Shown piece after piece: positions 26,715 to 44,163 of a stretch of 64,000 nt of DNA. The stretch comes from the human T2T-CHM13v2.0 reference genome, Homo sapiens. How positions within the stretch are numbered: position 1 is the first letter of the stretch; every line of letters begins with the position of its first letter. The stretch lies in NCBI RefSeq assembly GCF_009914755.1, contig NC_060925.1; one strand, given 5' to 3'. The translations under genes and the position numbers were made by a program. The notes under the pieces are model-generated. The model saw only the letters and a list, made by a program, of their open reading frames with translations, was not told the DNA's origin and did not search any database.

Positions 26715-29700
26715 TAGAATATTTAAAAATTCTAAGAGAAGAGTAAATTGAGCCTTCCCAACTAATACTAGGAGGTTATAACCTTCATACCAAAACTGGA
26801 CAATGCTTGCACAAAAGAAGGAAGCCAATGAGGCCACCTAGAAGGAAGACTGGGCATTGGGCCCAGTGAGTCCTGGAAACCTCATCTGTGCCAGCCACCC
26901 CGGCATGGCCTGTATGAGTGGATGAGGGTGACTTGTCCACAGACAATAGCCATCTAGCTGTGATAAAGGAGTCAAGGTAGTCAGCTGCATCTCTTTCACC
27001 TGTTTGCCAATGTTACACAGGTTGAAAAGCTAAGGTTTATGTAAAGCAAGCATCAAAGATGATGAAATGATCAACCTGACAATGAGTACTATGCTGCATT
27101 GTCCAGAAAGGAACTGTGGAAGATTTTGGGCTGAATTTCAAAACAGAATTTCCTCACTCTCTGGATGTTGGCTTACTTGGCCTTTGATGTTCAGAGGTGG
27201 TGCCTTTGTGTTGTTGAACAATGTTGATTTTGGAGAGAAAACAGAGTTGAAAAACCCACAAGTCATTCCCTGGGGAGTATTACCGGAATACAGAGGATAA
27301 TTTCAGCAAGCCAGCAAGGCCTCATCTCTGCTTCTAATAGATAGGAAGAAAGGAAGAGAGGAACAATACTTTTTTAAGAAGCTCAGCTTTATCGCCTTAT
27401 CTCATAGAAAGATGCCTCCAGTCTGTCTGGCTAAAGGTAATTGGCATGGGAAAGTCTTTATCTGTGATTCTAACAAGTGGAATGTTTCCCTTCATTAAGA
27501 GAGCCTTGTCTGGCTTGGGGAAATGAAACACTTTCTCCGATATGAGTGGGCTGTAACCCCTGCTACTAAATACTCAGAAGAAATAAGGCGGTTGTGGAGC
27601 AGTCAGGAATGAGTCACTTGCCTCCCTGGAATATTCAGAAAACTGAATCAAAAGTACATTCTTCTGGGTTTTCTTAGTCTAATAGACTAAGGGTCTCTAC
27701 TTTGTTAAATTTCTGGGAAACAGCATAGAATGGGAGAAAAAACTGGTCACTGTAGTCATGCAAATCTGCAAAACAAACAAAAAAGTCTGGGTATTGCTGC
27801 TAACTAGCTATGTGACCTTAAGCAAGGTATTAACTCTCTCTGAATTTCAGGTTCTTCATCTGTTAAATAGCATATCTGTAAAATGGGAATTATTTTCATA
27901 TCATAATGCTGTAGCTTTAAAAAATAAAATAAAATGGATGAGATAATCAGAATTAAAGAGCCTGGGATATATAGTTAATATATAGCAGCATGTAAAGATC
28001 CTGTTAGAAATGCTAATTTTACAGTTAACCATTTGGAGATGATCCGCCAAAGCTGCTAGTGTAGAGGCAACTGAGAATTTGCCTGTCCTTCAGAATATGA
28101 ATAAATAACTGTCAATGATGTCTCAAGCCTAGAAAAACCTATCCATCTGGATGGGTGGGAAATTTCTAGGCTAGTATTGAGAAGCCCATTTCTTGGGAAA
28201 TAGGTCCTGGACTGAGTGAAGGAAAAGAAACAGTAAAACCCATGGTAAAGCAGCAAGGCTCTCTAGAGGCTCTGGAGAGGATGAATTGAATTCTAGAAGA
28301 TGAAGTAGGGAAGACGCTTTACCTTCTTGTGAAATGGATTCAAAGACCTTCGGGAATCTCCAATTGTATAAATGGCACCATAGCTGTATGTTCCATGGAA
28401 CACTACTTCCCAGAGATGCCCAGTGAAAAAAGAATGCCACAGTCAAATAAGTTTGGAAACACTCCATTATGTGGCCACCTCCTTGAAGACTCTAATGCAC
28501 ATTAGCATGTTAAACAGTCTTGAGAAGTCCTGCAGAGCAGAAATTGCTTCACATCTGCTAAGCCGGCAGTTTCCCAATATACTTGATTATGGATAGTTTT
28601 TTCCTTACAACACCATTCTCTGATATGCTTCCAATGACATGAAATAAATATATATGCATGAGGTTCTTCATTAGGGCATACTTTTTAATAGAAAATATTG
28701 AGAATAATCTAAATATAAATGCACAGCATTTACCTTTTCTGCATAAACTATATACAGGCATACCTTGGAGATACTATGGGTTTGGTTCCCACAATATCTC
28801 CAAAACCACATTCGGTTTTATGACCACTGCCATAAAACCAGCCACATGAATTTTTTGGTTTCCCAATGTATATCAAAGTTACATTTTTACTATACCATAG
28901 TCTATTATATATACAATAGCATTATATCTAAAAAACAACGTAAACACCTTAATTTAAGGCTGTGGCTGGTTTGATTTTCTACCCAGACCACTAAAACTTT
29001 CTTCATATCAGCAATAAGGCTGTTTCACTTTCTTACTATTTTTTGTGATAGCACTTTTCCTTTCCTTCAAGAATTTTTCCTTTCTGTTCACAATTTGTTT
29101 GATACAAGAGGACTAGATTTTAGCTTATCTCAGTTTAAGGTGTTTACATTGTTAGCTAAAAATGCTAATGATCATCTGAGACTTCAGCAAGTCATAATCT
29201 TTTGCTGGTGGAAGGTCTTGCCTCAGTGTTGATGTCTGCTGACTGGGTGGCTTTGGCAATTTCTTAAAGTAAGACAACAATCAAGTTTGACATATCAATT
29301 GACCCTTCCTGTCATAAATGATTTTTTTTTTCTCTGTAGCCTGCAATGCTCTTTGATAGCATTTTACCCACAGTAGAATTTTCAAAATTGGAGTCAATCC
29401 TTTCAAACTCTGGTGCTGTTTTATCAACTAAGTTTATGGAGTATTAGAAATCCCTTGTTGTCATTTCAACAATGTTCACACCATCTTCCCCAGGAGTATA
29501 TTCTACCTCAAGAAACCACTTTCTTTGCTCATCTATAAGAAGCAGCTCCTCATCCACTAAAGTTTTATCCTGAGATTGCAACAATTCAGTTACATCTTCA
29601 GGCTCTACTTCTAATTCTAGTTCTCTTGCTGTTTCTATCTCATTTGTGCTTACTTTCTCCGCTGAAGTCTTGAACCCCTTAAAGTCACTCATGAGGGTTG

Positions 29701-29877
29701 GAATCAACTTCTTACAAACTCCTGTTGATGTTGATATTTTGACCTGCTCCCATGATTCATGGGTATTCTTAATGGCATCTAGAATGGTGAACGTTTTCAG
29801 AAGGTTTTCAGTTGGCTTTGCCCGGATCCATCAGACGAATCCCTATCTATGGAAGCTATAGATTTATAAAATGTATT

Positions 29878-30038
29878 TCTTTTTTTGTGGGGGCATAGCG
29901 TCTCACCCTGTCACCCAACCTGGAATGCAGTGGCACAGTCATAACTCACTGAAGACTCAAACTCCTGGGCTCAAGTGATTCTTCCACCTTGGCCTCCCAA
30001 AACACTGGATTACAAGCTTGAGCCACTGTGTCTAGCCC
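29878..30038 (-). mobile_element. FLAM/AluJ-type monomer inside Tigger1
   Basis: CTCAAACTCCTGGGCTCAAGTGAT..CTTGGCCTCCCAA..GAGCCACTGTG. Confidence 0.75.
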
Positions 30039-30400
30039 AAAATGTATATCATAACTAATGAGGCTTGAAAGTCAAAGTGACTCCTTGATCCATGGGCTAC
30101 AGAATGGACGCTGGGTTACCAGACATGAAAACAATACTCATCTCCTCATACATCTCCTTCAGAGCTCCTGGGTGAGCAGGCCCATTGTCAAATGAGCAGT
30201 AGTATCTTGAAAGAAATTTTTTTTCTGAGCAGTAGATCTCCACAGTGGACTTAAAATAGTCAGTAAACTATGCTGTAAACAGAAGTGCTGTCATCCAAGC
30301 TCTGTTTTTCCACTGATAGGGCAAAAGCAGAGTAGATTTGGCATAATTCTCTAGGGCCTTAGGATTTTTGGAATGGCAAATTGAGCATTGGCTTCAACTT

Positions 30401-30699
30401 TTTTTTTTTTTTTTTTTTTGAGACAGAGTCTTGGTCTGTCACCCAGGCTGGAGTGCAGTGGTGCAATCTCGGCCCACTGCAAGCTCTGCCTCCTAGGTTC
30501 ACACCATTCTCCTGCCTCTGCCTCCTGAGTAGCTGGGACTACAGGCACCCGCCACCATGCCCGGCTAATTTTTTGTATTTTAGTAGAGACGGGGTTTCGC
30601 CATGTTAGCCAGGATGGTCTCGATCTCCTGACCTCGTGATCCACCCGCCTCGGCCTCCCAAAGTGCTGGGATTACAGGCGTGAGCCACAGCGCCCAGCC
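30401..30699 (-). mobile_element. AluY-like element inside Tigger1
   Basis: GCAAGCTC, CCATTCTCC and GTTAGCCAGGATGG diagnostics; TSD TG(G/T)CTTCAACTT. Confidence 0.93.
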
Positions 30700-32769
30700 T
30701 GTCTTCAACTTAAAGTCGCCAGCTGTGTTAGCCTCTAATAAGAGAGTCTGCCTGTCCTTTCAAGCTTTGAAGCCAGGCATCATTCTCTTCTCTAGCTATG
30801 AAAATCTTAGATAGCATCTTCTCCCAATAGGAAGCCATTTTTTATGCCCTAAAAATCTGTCATTTGGTGTAGCCACCTTCATCATTGATCTTACCTAGAT
30901 CCGCTGGATAACTTACCACAGTGTCTACATCATTACTTCTGCTTCACCTTGCACTTTTATGTTATGGGGATGGCTCCTTTCCTCTAACCTCATAAACTAA
31001 CCTCCACTAGCCTCACATTCTTCTTTTACAGCTTCCTCGCCTCTCTCAGAGTTCACAGAATTGAAGAATGTTGGGCCTTGGATTACACTTTGGTTTAAGG
31101 GAATGCTGTGGCTGGTTTGATTTTCTATCCAGAACACTAAAACTTTCTTCATATCAGCAATAAGACTGTTTCACTTTCTTACTATTTTTTGTGATAGCAC
31201 TTTTCCTTTCCTTCAAGAATTTTTCCTTTCTATTCACAATTTGACCGTTTGATATGAGAGGCCTAGATTTTAGCCAATCTCAGTTTACACCATGCCTTTT
31301 TCACTAAGCTTCATCATTTTAGCTTTTTATTTAAAGTAAGATGTGTGACCCTTCCTTTCATTTGAACACTTACATGATGATGCCTGGCTTCAAAGCTTGA
31401 AAGGACAGGCAGACTCTCTTATTAGGGGCTAACACAGCTGGCGACTTTTAAGTTGAAGCCAATGCTCAATTTGCCATTAGAAGCCATTGTAGGGTTAATT
31501 AATTTGCCTAATTTTAATATTATGGTGTCTCAGGGAATAAGGAGGCCTGAGTAGAGGGAGGGAGATGGGGAAACAGCCAGTCATCAGAGCACACACAACA
31601 TTTATCAATTAAGTTTATCACCTTGAGGGCACAGGTCATGATACTTCAAAACAATTACAATAATAAAATAAAAAATCATTGATCGCAGATCACCATAACA
31701 GATATAATGATAATGAAAAATTTGAAGTATTGTGAGAATTACCAAAACGTGACACACAGACACAAAGTGAGCACATGTCATTGGAAAAGTGGTGCTGATA
31801 GACTTACTTCATGCAGGGTTGCCACAAATACTCAATCTGTAAAAAATTCAATTATCTACATAGTACCATAAAAACAAGGTATACCTGTTTATATAATCAA
31901 GACCAACAGAACCCTAGAGAAAATAGCTCACTCCCTAGCTCGGAGACATTCTAACCAACATACGCTTACCTTTCTTTTTGCTGTGTACAGAATTCAAATC
32001 CCTGTCTCAGCAAAATTGCAAAGTATCAAATGTCATGTCCATCTAATACTCAAAACTGCAAATGTTAAGTCTTGTAAGCCCAGAGACCACTGTATATACA
32101 AGTGTTGCTATAAGCATTAGTTCTTCTCCAAAGAAAATAGTCCACTTGGTAGAAACAAACAAAAAGAAAAAAAAAGAAAGAAAAAACATTTTTTACAAGA
32201 AGATTCAGTCTCTTACCTACATAAGCAAAAATATGAGATGTTCTCTTATCATTTTTCCATCTATCTTATAATCTTTGGTGCTGACTTAGACACTCATTTT
32301 CCTTTTTGTACGTGACCATGTAAAAGTTCAAGTCAAGAAAAACTTGTTTTGACATTTGTTTTGCTGAGTGATGGGTCCCTAAAAGAAATTTGGCTTTGCT
32401 TTTGAAAAGTTCAGCATGATATTGTGTGAATTTTTCATGGCTAATGATTTTTAGAACAGTTGTGATGTGTTTAGGTGTTTTAAGAATATGAAGCATTCAG
32501 TGGTTTAAGTTGGTTGTTATAAAATGAAAGAATATGAAGGAAAGCCTTCTTGTCTTAGAACACACTGATTCACAAATAAGCAGCTTCTCTCAAAATGTTG
32601 TAATTACAAAAATTCCAAGGCAAATATAATAAACTCCTTGTCGGTGCTATGTCTAGAAACTTAACAGCCCCAAAGAAAGTCCTGACAAGGCAAAAAATAT
32701 ATATATATATACAAATTGTGGAAGCAGGGTGTTGAAAGAAGAATAAAGACTATATAAGGACAAACTGTT

Positions 32770-35150
32770 TAAAAGGGAGGGTATCCTTGAAAGCTTGACA
32801 CTTGACTCTTTTGACGAGGCTGAGGGAAAACACTCAGTTTCATAGATTGCTGGTACGGATGTAAAATAGTGACATCCCTATAGAGAGGAATTTGGCAATA
32901 TCTAGCAAAAGTGCTTATGCATTTATTCTTTGACCTAGTAATCCCGCTTCTAGGATTAGTGGTGAAGATACACCTCAACAATAAAAATATATATACATTA
33001 GGTTATTAGTTATGGTTTAATTTTTAATAGCAAAATATTTAAAACAACCTACATGAACAAATAGGAGACTTACTGAATAAACTATGGTATATCTGTACAA
33101 TAAAGTGCAATTCACTTATGTTGTTAATTTGTTCCAAAAATCCAGAGCCAAAGAGTATTTGTTATGCTCTCTTTAGTATAAGAAAGGGGAAATAAGATAT
33201 GTGTGCATCTGTTTATTTTTGTGAAAATAAGTACAGAAAGGATAAGTAAGAAACTAGTAAAACTAGTTATCTCCTAGTGTTAGTAGAAATAGAATGAAAG
33301 TGAATTAGGCTTCTTTGAGTATATGTTTATATATAGTTTTGACTTTTGAATTATGTTTATGTTTACATAGTCAAAAATATAAATTAATCAACAGAAATAA
33401 CAAAAAAAGAAGAAATCACAAGCTTTAAAATTTAATACAAACAGAAATAATTGAATCTAACAGTATATCAAAGTGATAACGTAAACTCAGAAGAAAAAAA
33501 CATAATCCAACATACCAGTGGAACACAATATTCTAACTGTATACATTCAGTGGTTATAGTCTAAGGACAAGAAAAATTGCAAAAATATCTTGAACTTTAG
33601 CTTGTAGGATTTTTATTGGTAGCAATACTAATGTACTAATTCTGAAATTAATGTTCGTGTATTATAGAATTGAGTAAATGAATAAATATGTTGATGTTAT
33701 TGGGAACTAAAATTATCATTCTGGGAGTAGAGAAATATAAATATGGACTTGGCAAATGAAACAAAGACCTGCAGAGAGATAACCATATAAACTCATTATT
33801 TTAAAAATTATAAGTGTCCTAGCTCTGTTACTGAAAAGGCCTAGATTCAATCTTATCTTGATAGACAGGAGGGCACCCCTTTCTCAGAACATGGTTTCCA
33901 AATGCCATTCTCCATTAAAAGGAACAAGGTCTTCTTGGAGAAAAGACTGATTCTAGGTCTGGATTAGGTAAAGTACAACGTTAGTCTGGAATTTCTTGCT
34001 GAATCAGAAGTAAGAAAGTGCTCAAAAACATGGGAACATGTCACAAACACACGTGAGGCAACTTGAATCCTCACTGGCCATATTTAGGACAATCGAGCAT
34101 CAAAAAAAAAAAAAAATGTTGAGAATAATGGATTCTAACACTTAAAACAAAAAATAATCCATAGCCCACAGAAGGGGAAGAGAGGGGGAGCTCTTATTTA
34201 CAGATGAATATCAAATAGCAAAGACAGAAGAAATGACAGAATTAGAGAAACATCATTTTGCAAAACACCACTGTAATAATCAATTCAGGCAAGTATTATT
34301 AATGGATGTATTACTATTGCGTAAAACCAGTTGGGGAACAGGATATTCATACAGTCTGAAGGTGTCACCCTAAACATAACTTATTACAAGTGGAAAATGG
34401 TGCCTTTACAATGAAGAAATCTAGCAGAAACCATCTTAATCTAGTGATCAAACTTAGTATCACCAATAATGGATCATACTGAGTCATGTGTCTCCTAATA
34501 TGATGCACCAGGAAGGATGCAACGTCATGAACGTTGTATTCTTTTGTATTCAACAGACCACCCAGGGTAAAGGCAGCTTTCTCACTTACTAATCAGAATT
34601 GTTGGTTTTAATTCATTTTGGATTTTAAGATTTCTTACTTTCTTGTCAGCTCAGAAATTTATTTAAGATGATTTTTATCTTTTATTCAATACTTTAGCTT
34701 GGAGAACCATTCAGAGTTTCTAACTCATTGTATTGCCAAAAATAGAAAACAGCATGGTTTCTTTTGAAAATGTCTAACTTTAAAGTTACTTGTGTGTGTC
34801 ACTCAGATTCACATAGCTTTTTTGCCTAGTAATGTAGTATCATGTGGCAAGGCTATAAAAATGTTTACAATCTTTTATTTAATATGACTCTTGAGAGTTT
34901 ATTCTAAGGAAATAATTGAATAGTAACAAAACACTATTAACACAAAGCATAGCAATTTGATTTGGGCAACCAAACACTGGAAACAACCTAAATGTCCATT
35001 ACAGGAATCATTTATGAAGCAAACACTAAAATATTTATTGTGAAGATTATGAGAACATAGAAGACAGTTATGAGAGTAAATTTGAAAACCTGAACACAAA
35101 ACTTACATATACTCCAATTGTAACTTATAAAAAATACGTGCATATAAGGA
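32770..35150 (+). mobile_element. Scattered old L1M fragments
   Basis: TTGCTGGT..GGATGTAAAATAGT..TTTGGCAATATCTA..TTTGACCTAGTAATCCCGCTTCTAGGA; CTGGAAACAACCTAAATGTCC; boundaries approximate. Confidence 0.55.
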
Positions 35151-36981
35151 TAAAACAGTACAAACAAAAAAATAGTTGCGTTAGATTGGTAGAATTATGG
35201 CTCCTTTTGCTGTCTTAATTTTTTCCTTTTACATTTTGATACATTATTTTAATTTTAATTTTAAAATTCAAAAGAATTTGCCACTCATCTTTGCCACTTC
35301 AAGGAAAAAAGAAATGTGTTCGATTATTCTGTTCTTAGTATAGTTTTGGCAATTTCCTCACGTGTAAAAAGAGAATACTATTAATAATTTCAGTATCTAT
35401 AAGACAATATAAAATTAAAGAATCTAGCCCAGTAACTGGTACATGGAACGTAATTAATAAATCATTATGGACTTTTTTTCTCACACCCAAGTAGGGAGGA
35501 ATCAGTGGTCCCCTAGAGGCCCAGTGTAGAGGTGGCAGCACCAATCCCTAGGGGAGAAGATCTTGGTGATGATAATTCCTGAGCAGACAGTTAGCTGAGA
35601 ATTCAAGAGCAGAAAAGTAAGAAAGAAACAACTTCTTGCTAACACCTTTCCACCCACGTTTCCCTGTTCTGTTGTACTCTGCTTACCCTTTCATGGATGG
35701 AGGCAGAGGAAAGAGAACCAAGTTTGCTCTTAGTCATTCACTATGTTGTTTAATCTGCCTTCCATCTTTCTTATCAGTTCAAATTAGAATGTAGACCTGA
35801 ATTTAAATCCCCGTTCTGTCAGTTATAATGTGACCCTAGACAAAACACATTCTCTGAACCTCAGAGAACATTCTTCATTTGTAGAATGGGAAGATTAATC
35901 TATATTCCACTTGGATGGCAAGTCTTTTATAAACTTTATAACCTAAACATGTGTGAGTTGCTAGTATCATTATGTTGGTAAAGTTATTCTGAGATATGAT
36001 AACAGAACTGTTTCGTCTAACTCCACTAGCATGGTTCAGGTTTAGAGAGTGTGGAATTAAAAGGCTTTATCCTCAAATATGACTTAAATCCGATTTTTCT
36101 CATCCACTTTCCTCCACAAACAAATCCTCAGGAAATGACAAACTTTACATGGTTAAACATCAGTTTTGTTTAGTCTTTGACATCCACATGGTTAAATCAT
36201 ACATTTGAAAACTGCTTATATTTGTGTTGTCTATGTCTAAATTGAAAAGACTTATTGAGGAATAGAAGACTACACATTTTTCAGCAAACACTGCACGTTT
36301 TGCAGAATTTCCCCAGGCACCAGTCTCCAGGAATTTATTGGCTACTAACAATACTAAGATATGGATGAATGAGGAAATCAAAATGGAGATCTTGCAAGTT
36401 TTGTGAGAATGGGTGAATGGTCCAAATGAAGAGATAAGTTGTGAAATATTAGTACAAGTAAAAATTATTTACAATGAAAGACATTTTGTCAATAGCTATG
36501 AGAATTTTACCATTGACCCAGAAATTCCATTTCTTTCTTCAGAAATACCCACGTAGGTATACATATAAAAAGTTATTCATTACAGTATCGTTTTTCATAG
36601 GAAAAAGTTTTAAAAATCAGAAGCTATCTAAACTATGGTATATCTAGGTCATAGAAATCAAATGACTAAAAATGTTAATATAAGCATATGTTTTTAAATT
36701 AACTTGGCTTGGGTCTTCAGCAAAATTGGCTTCTTAACATTGCACTCCAGAGTTAGACTTACCCACTCAGTCACTTATCATGCAGGAGCAGACTCCTAAT
36801 ACCACATATCATAGAGCAGAGTAGGACACAGGTTCTCTGCAGGCAGGCAAATCCCAAAGAGAAGGGAGGAAAGGGCTGAGACACTGCATGGTCAATTTCT
36901 TCTGAACTCTGCAATGTACGGAGGTGGACAGTGTCCACAAAGATTGCTCCCCTGGACCCACCATCATAATAACACAACGGC

Positions 36982-37290
36982 TTTGTTTTGTTTTTGTTTT
37001 TGTTTTTTGACACGGAGTTTTGCTCTTGTTGTCCAGGCTGGAGTGCAATGGTGTGATCTCGACTCACCACAACCTCCACTTCCTGGGTTCAAGTGATTCT
37101 CCTGCCTCAGCCTCCTGAGTGGATGGGATTACAGGCATGCACCACCATGCCCAGCTAATTTTGTATTTTTAGTAGAGACGAGGTTTCTCCACGTTGGCCA
37201 GGCTGGTCTCAAACTCTTAACCTCAGGTGATCCACCCGTCTTGGCCTCCCAAAGTGCTGCGATTACAGGTGTGAGCCACCGCGCCCAGCC
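36982..37290 (-). mobile_element. Alu (AluSq/Sp-like) with (CAAAAA)n tail
   Basis: Full dimer; TSD CACAA(C/T)GGC. Confidence 0.93.
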
Positions 37291-37599
37291 CACAATGGCC
37301 TTTTGTTTACATCTCTAGTGCAGCACTCATTTCATGTTCTTTCAAGAAGAATACATATTTCATCTTTTTATTTTATACAGCAATTAGCACAGTGCCTGGC
37401 ATAAGGAAAATGATCATTAAAAGCTGGGTGAAAAACCTAATAAAGCTACTGAGGATAGGAACTGCAGACCAGCATGGAAAGAAAACTATGAGCCAGATAT
37501 TGACATCATCCTGAAAGGCAGAAGATTTAGTATAGGCAAGAAGTATGCTTTTGGAATATAGAAAATCTGGATTATGATAAGAAAAGAATCATATTTGTC

Positions 37600-38860
<1,261 letters not shown>

Positions 38861-39223
38861 GTCTGATAAAAACTACTCCCCCAAAACTGGAAGCTGGAAG
38901 CTTGTAATTATGAATAGACTTTGAGTAGTATTCTTCTTTGGAAAAGGATTTTAACTACTCCCTATGTACTTCTTTATTTCCTGTTTTTCTCATCCGTAAT
39001 CTTTTTATTTTCATACTTCCTAAGTCAGACAATTTTCCTACTTGAAGATTCAGTGACTGCTATCAAATGACCCCCATATTACTAAATACAATATCCCCAA
39101 CTGCATTTATAAAAAGAAAATTTACTGTTTATTAGTAAACAATGTTGTAGAATAGTAAAATATTGCTGGGCTTTGGAGCCAGATAATCAAGGTTAGAATC
39201 CCAGATTCTAACTTACTAGCTGG

Positions 39224-41760
<2,537 letters not shown>

Positions 41761-41934
41761 GCTAGAGAGCCTTAAGAAAGTCACCTAATCTCCACAAATA
41801 AAAGGTTTCCTATTTGTTCAACAAAAATAATGACACCCCTTTTATGGGATTTCTGTGAGGACAAATGATAACTAACGTAGCCTTGCATAGTGTCTGGCAC
41901 AAAATAGCTACTCAAAAAATAATAGAAACAACAT

Positions 41935-42800
41935 TTAAAAAATGTAGACTTTATTTTTTAGAGTTTTATGTACAAAGCAAAATTGAGCAGAATGTACAGA
42001 GAGTTTCCGTATAGCACTCCCTACCCCCAAGCACAGATAGCCTCCCCCAGTATCAGCATCCCGCACCAGAGTGGTACATTTATTATAACTGATGAATCTA
42101 TATTGACGTGTCATTTTCATCCAAAATCCATAGTTTATATTAGGGATGCCTCTTGGTGTTGTACCTTCTATGGGTTTTGACAAATGTATAATGACATGTA
42201 TTCACCATTACAGTATCATAAAGAATAGTTTCACTGTCCTAAAAATCTTTGATCTTCTTCCTATTCATCACTCCCTCCCCATTAATCCCTGACAACTACT
42301 GCTAATTTTCCTGTCTCCATTGTTTTGTCTTTTCCTGAATGTCATATAGTTTAAATATACAGTATGTAGGATTTTCAAACTGGTTTATTTCACTTAGTAA
42401 TATGCATTTGATGTTCTTCCATATCTTTTCAAAGCTTCATAGTTCAATATTTATAGAATTGAATAATATTCCATTGTCTGGATGTACTACAGTTTATGTA
42501 TTCATTCACCTATCAAAGAACACCTTGGTTGCTTCCAAGTTTCAACAATCATGAGTAAAGCTGCTATAAACATCTATGTACATGTTTTTTTGTGAATTGA
42601 ACATTTTCAGCTTTTTTAGCTCCATTCCTAGGAGTGCAATTGCTGGATTGTATGATAAGAGTATGTTTAGTGTTGTAAGAAACTGCCACGCTCTTCCTAA
42701 CTGGATGTACTGTTTTGCATTCTCACCAGCAATGAAAGAGTTCCTGTTGCTCCACATACTCACCAGCATTTGGTGTCGTCAATGTTTTGAGCAATAGCAT
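41935..42800 (-). mobile_element. L1MC-like 3' region
   Basis: AGCAAAATTGAGCAGAATGTACAGAGAGTTTCC..TTCCTGTTGCTCCACATACTCACCAGCATTTGG. Confidence 0.8.
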
Positions 42801-42970
42801 TTTGATCTAACTTTTCCTAGGTATTCTTTTTGAAGGAAATAATATGACAGATAATAGAGAAAGGATATACGAGGACAGTTCTGTCCTTTATTTATAGTCC
42901 ATCATTTAATGAAGGACTCTGTCCACACTTGGTATTTTTAACTCTGATCCTCCTCTCCCATGAACTCTGA

Positions 42971-43352
<382 letters not shown>

Positions 43353-43658
43353 TTTTTTTTTTTTTTTTTTTTTTTTTGAGATGGAGTCTGTCACTCTGTC
43401 ACCCAGGCTGGTGCAGTGATGCAATCTTGGCTCACTACAACCTCCATCTTTCAGGTTCAAGTGATTCTGCCACCTCAGCCTCCCAAGTACCTGGGATTAC
43501 AGGTGCCCGCCACCACACCCAGCTATTTTTTTGTATTTTTAGTAGAGACGTAGTTTCACCATGTTGGCCAGGCTGGTCTCATTCCTGACCTTGAGTGATC
43601 CACCTGCCTTGGCCTCCCAAAGTGCTGGGATTACAGGCATGGGTCATCACATGTGGCC
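43353..43658 (-). mobile_element. Older AluS, tandem with the AluY
   Basis: TSD TGAAGCATG flanks the pair (43033-43041 and 43659-43667). Confidence 0.92.
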
Positions 43659-44163
43659 TGAAGCATGACTGTTGCTTTAATCATATGAAATACTGCTCTG
43701 TATTGTTATCTATTTGAAATGCCACACCTCCTGAGCTAAATTGCAAGCTTTTATGGAGCACAAACCATATTTATATATATTAGCATGATACCATGACACA
43801 TATCAAAAGCTGTTATATATTGTTACGTGAATTGATTCTTTCTCAGTTAAGAGGACCTCTGTAGTAGCACTTTCATACCGTTAATTTTTCATTTTGTGCC
43901 CAGCCCCTACTCTGTGAAAAATGAAATGAATCCTGTTATCATTTCCCTCCCAGGCCTTTTCTCCTTGTGGACAATGTGTGGCTCAAGAGAAAATTCAGTC
44001 AGTAAATTTGTTCAGTGCACAAACTCTTTATCACCTCTCACTGTTCTCAAGTGAGATAGAACAGAACATCCATCCAGTGTCTTACAAATTGTCTGGTATA
44101 TAGTAGGCACTCAATAAATGTTTTTTGAATAAATGCATACATGAATCCTATTCCTATATATAG

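Larger units (their letters stand above)
28755..31887 (-). mobile_element. Near full-length Tigger1 (TcMar-Tigger) DNA transposon, decayed, with two Alu insertions and three local templated insertions
   Basis: TIRs CAGGCATACCT (28755) and AGGTATACCTG (to 31887), TA at 28753-54; ORF 29444..29707 ARELELEVEPEDVTELLQSQDKTL..DEQRKWFLE resembles the Tigger1/TIGD1 C-terminal region. Confidence 0.9.

Noticed and set aside
29444-29707. 87-aa acidic ORF resembling TIGD1
   Set aside because: It is a fragment of decayed Tigger1 coding sequence; the rest is interrupted by stops, Alus and insertions.
36304-36314. Isolated kB-like motif AGAATTTCCCC
   Set aside because: A single imperfect 10-mer without a supporting cluster is expected by chance in 64 kb.
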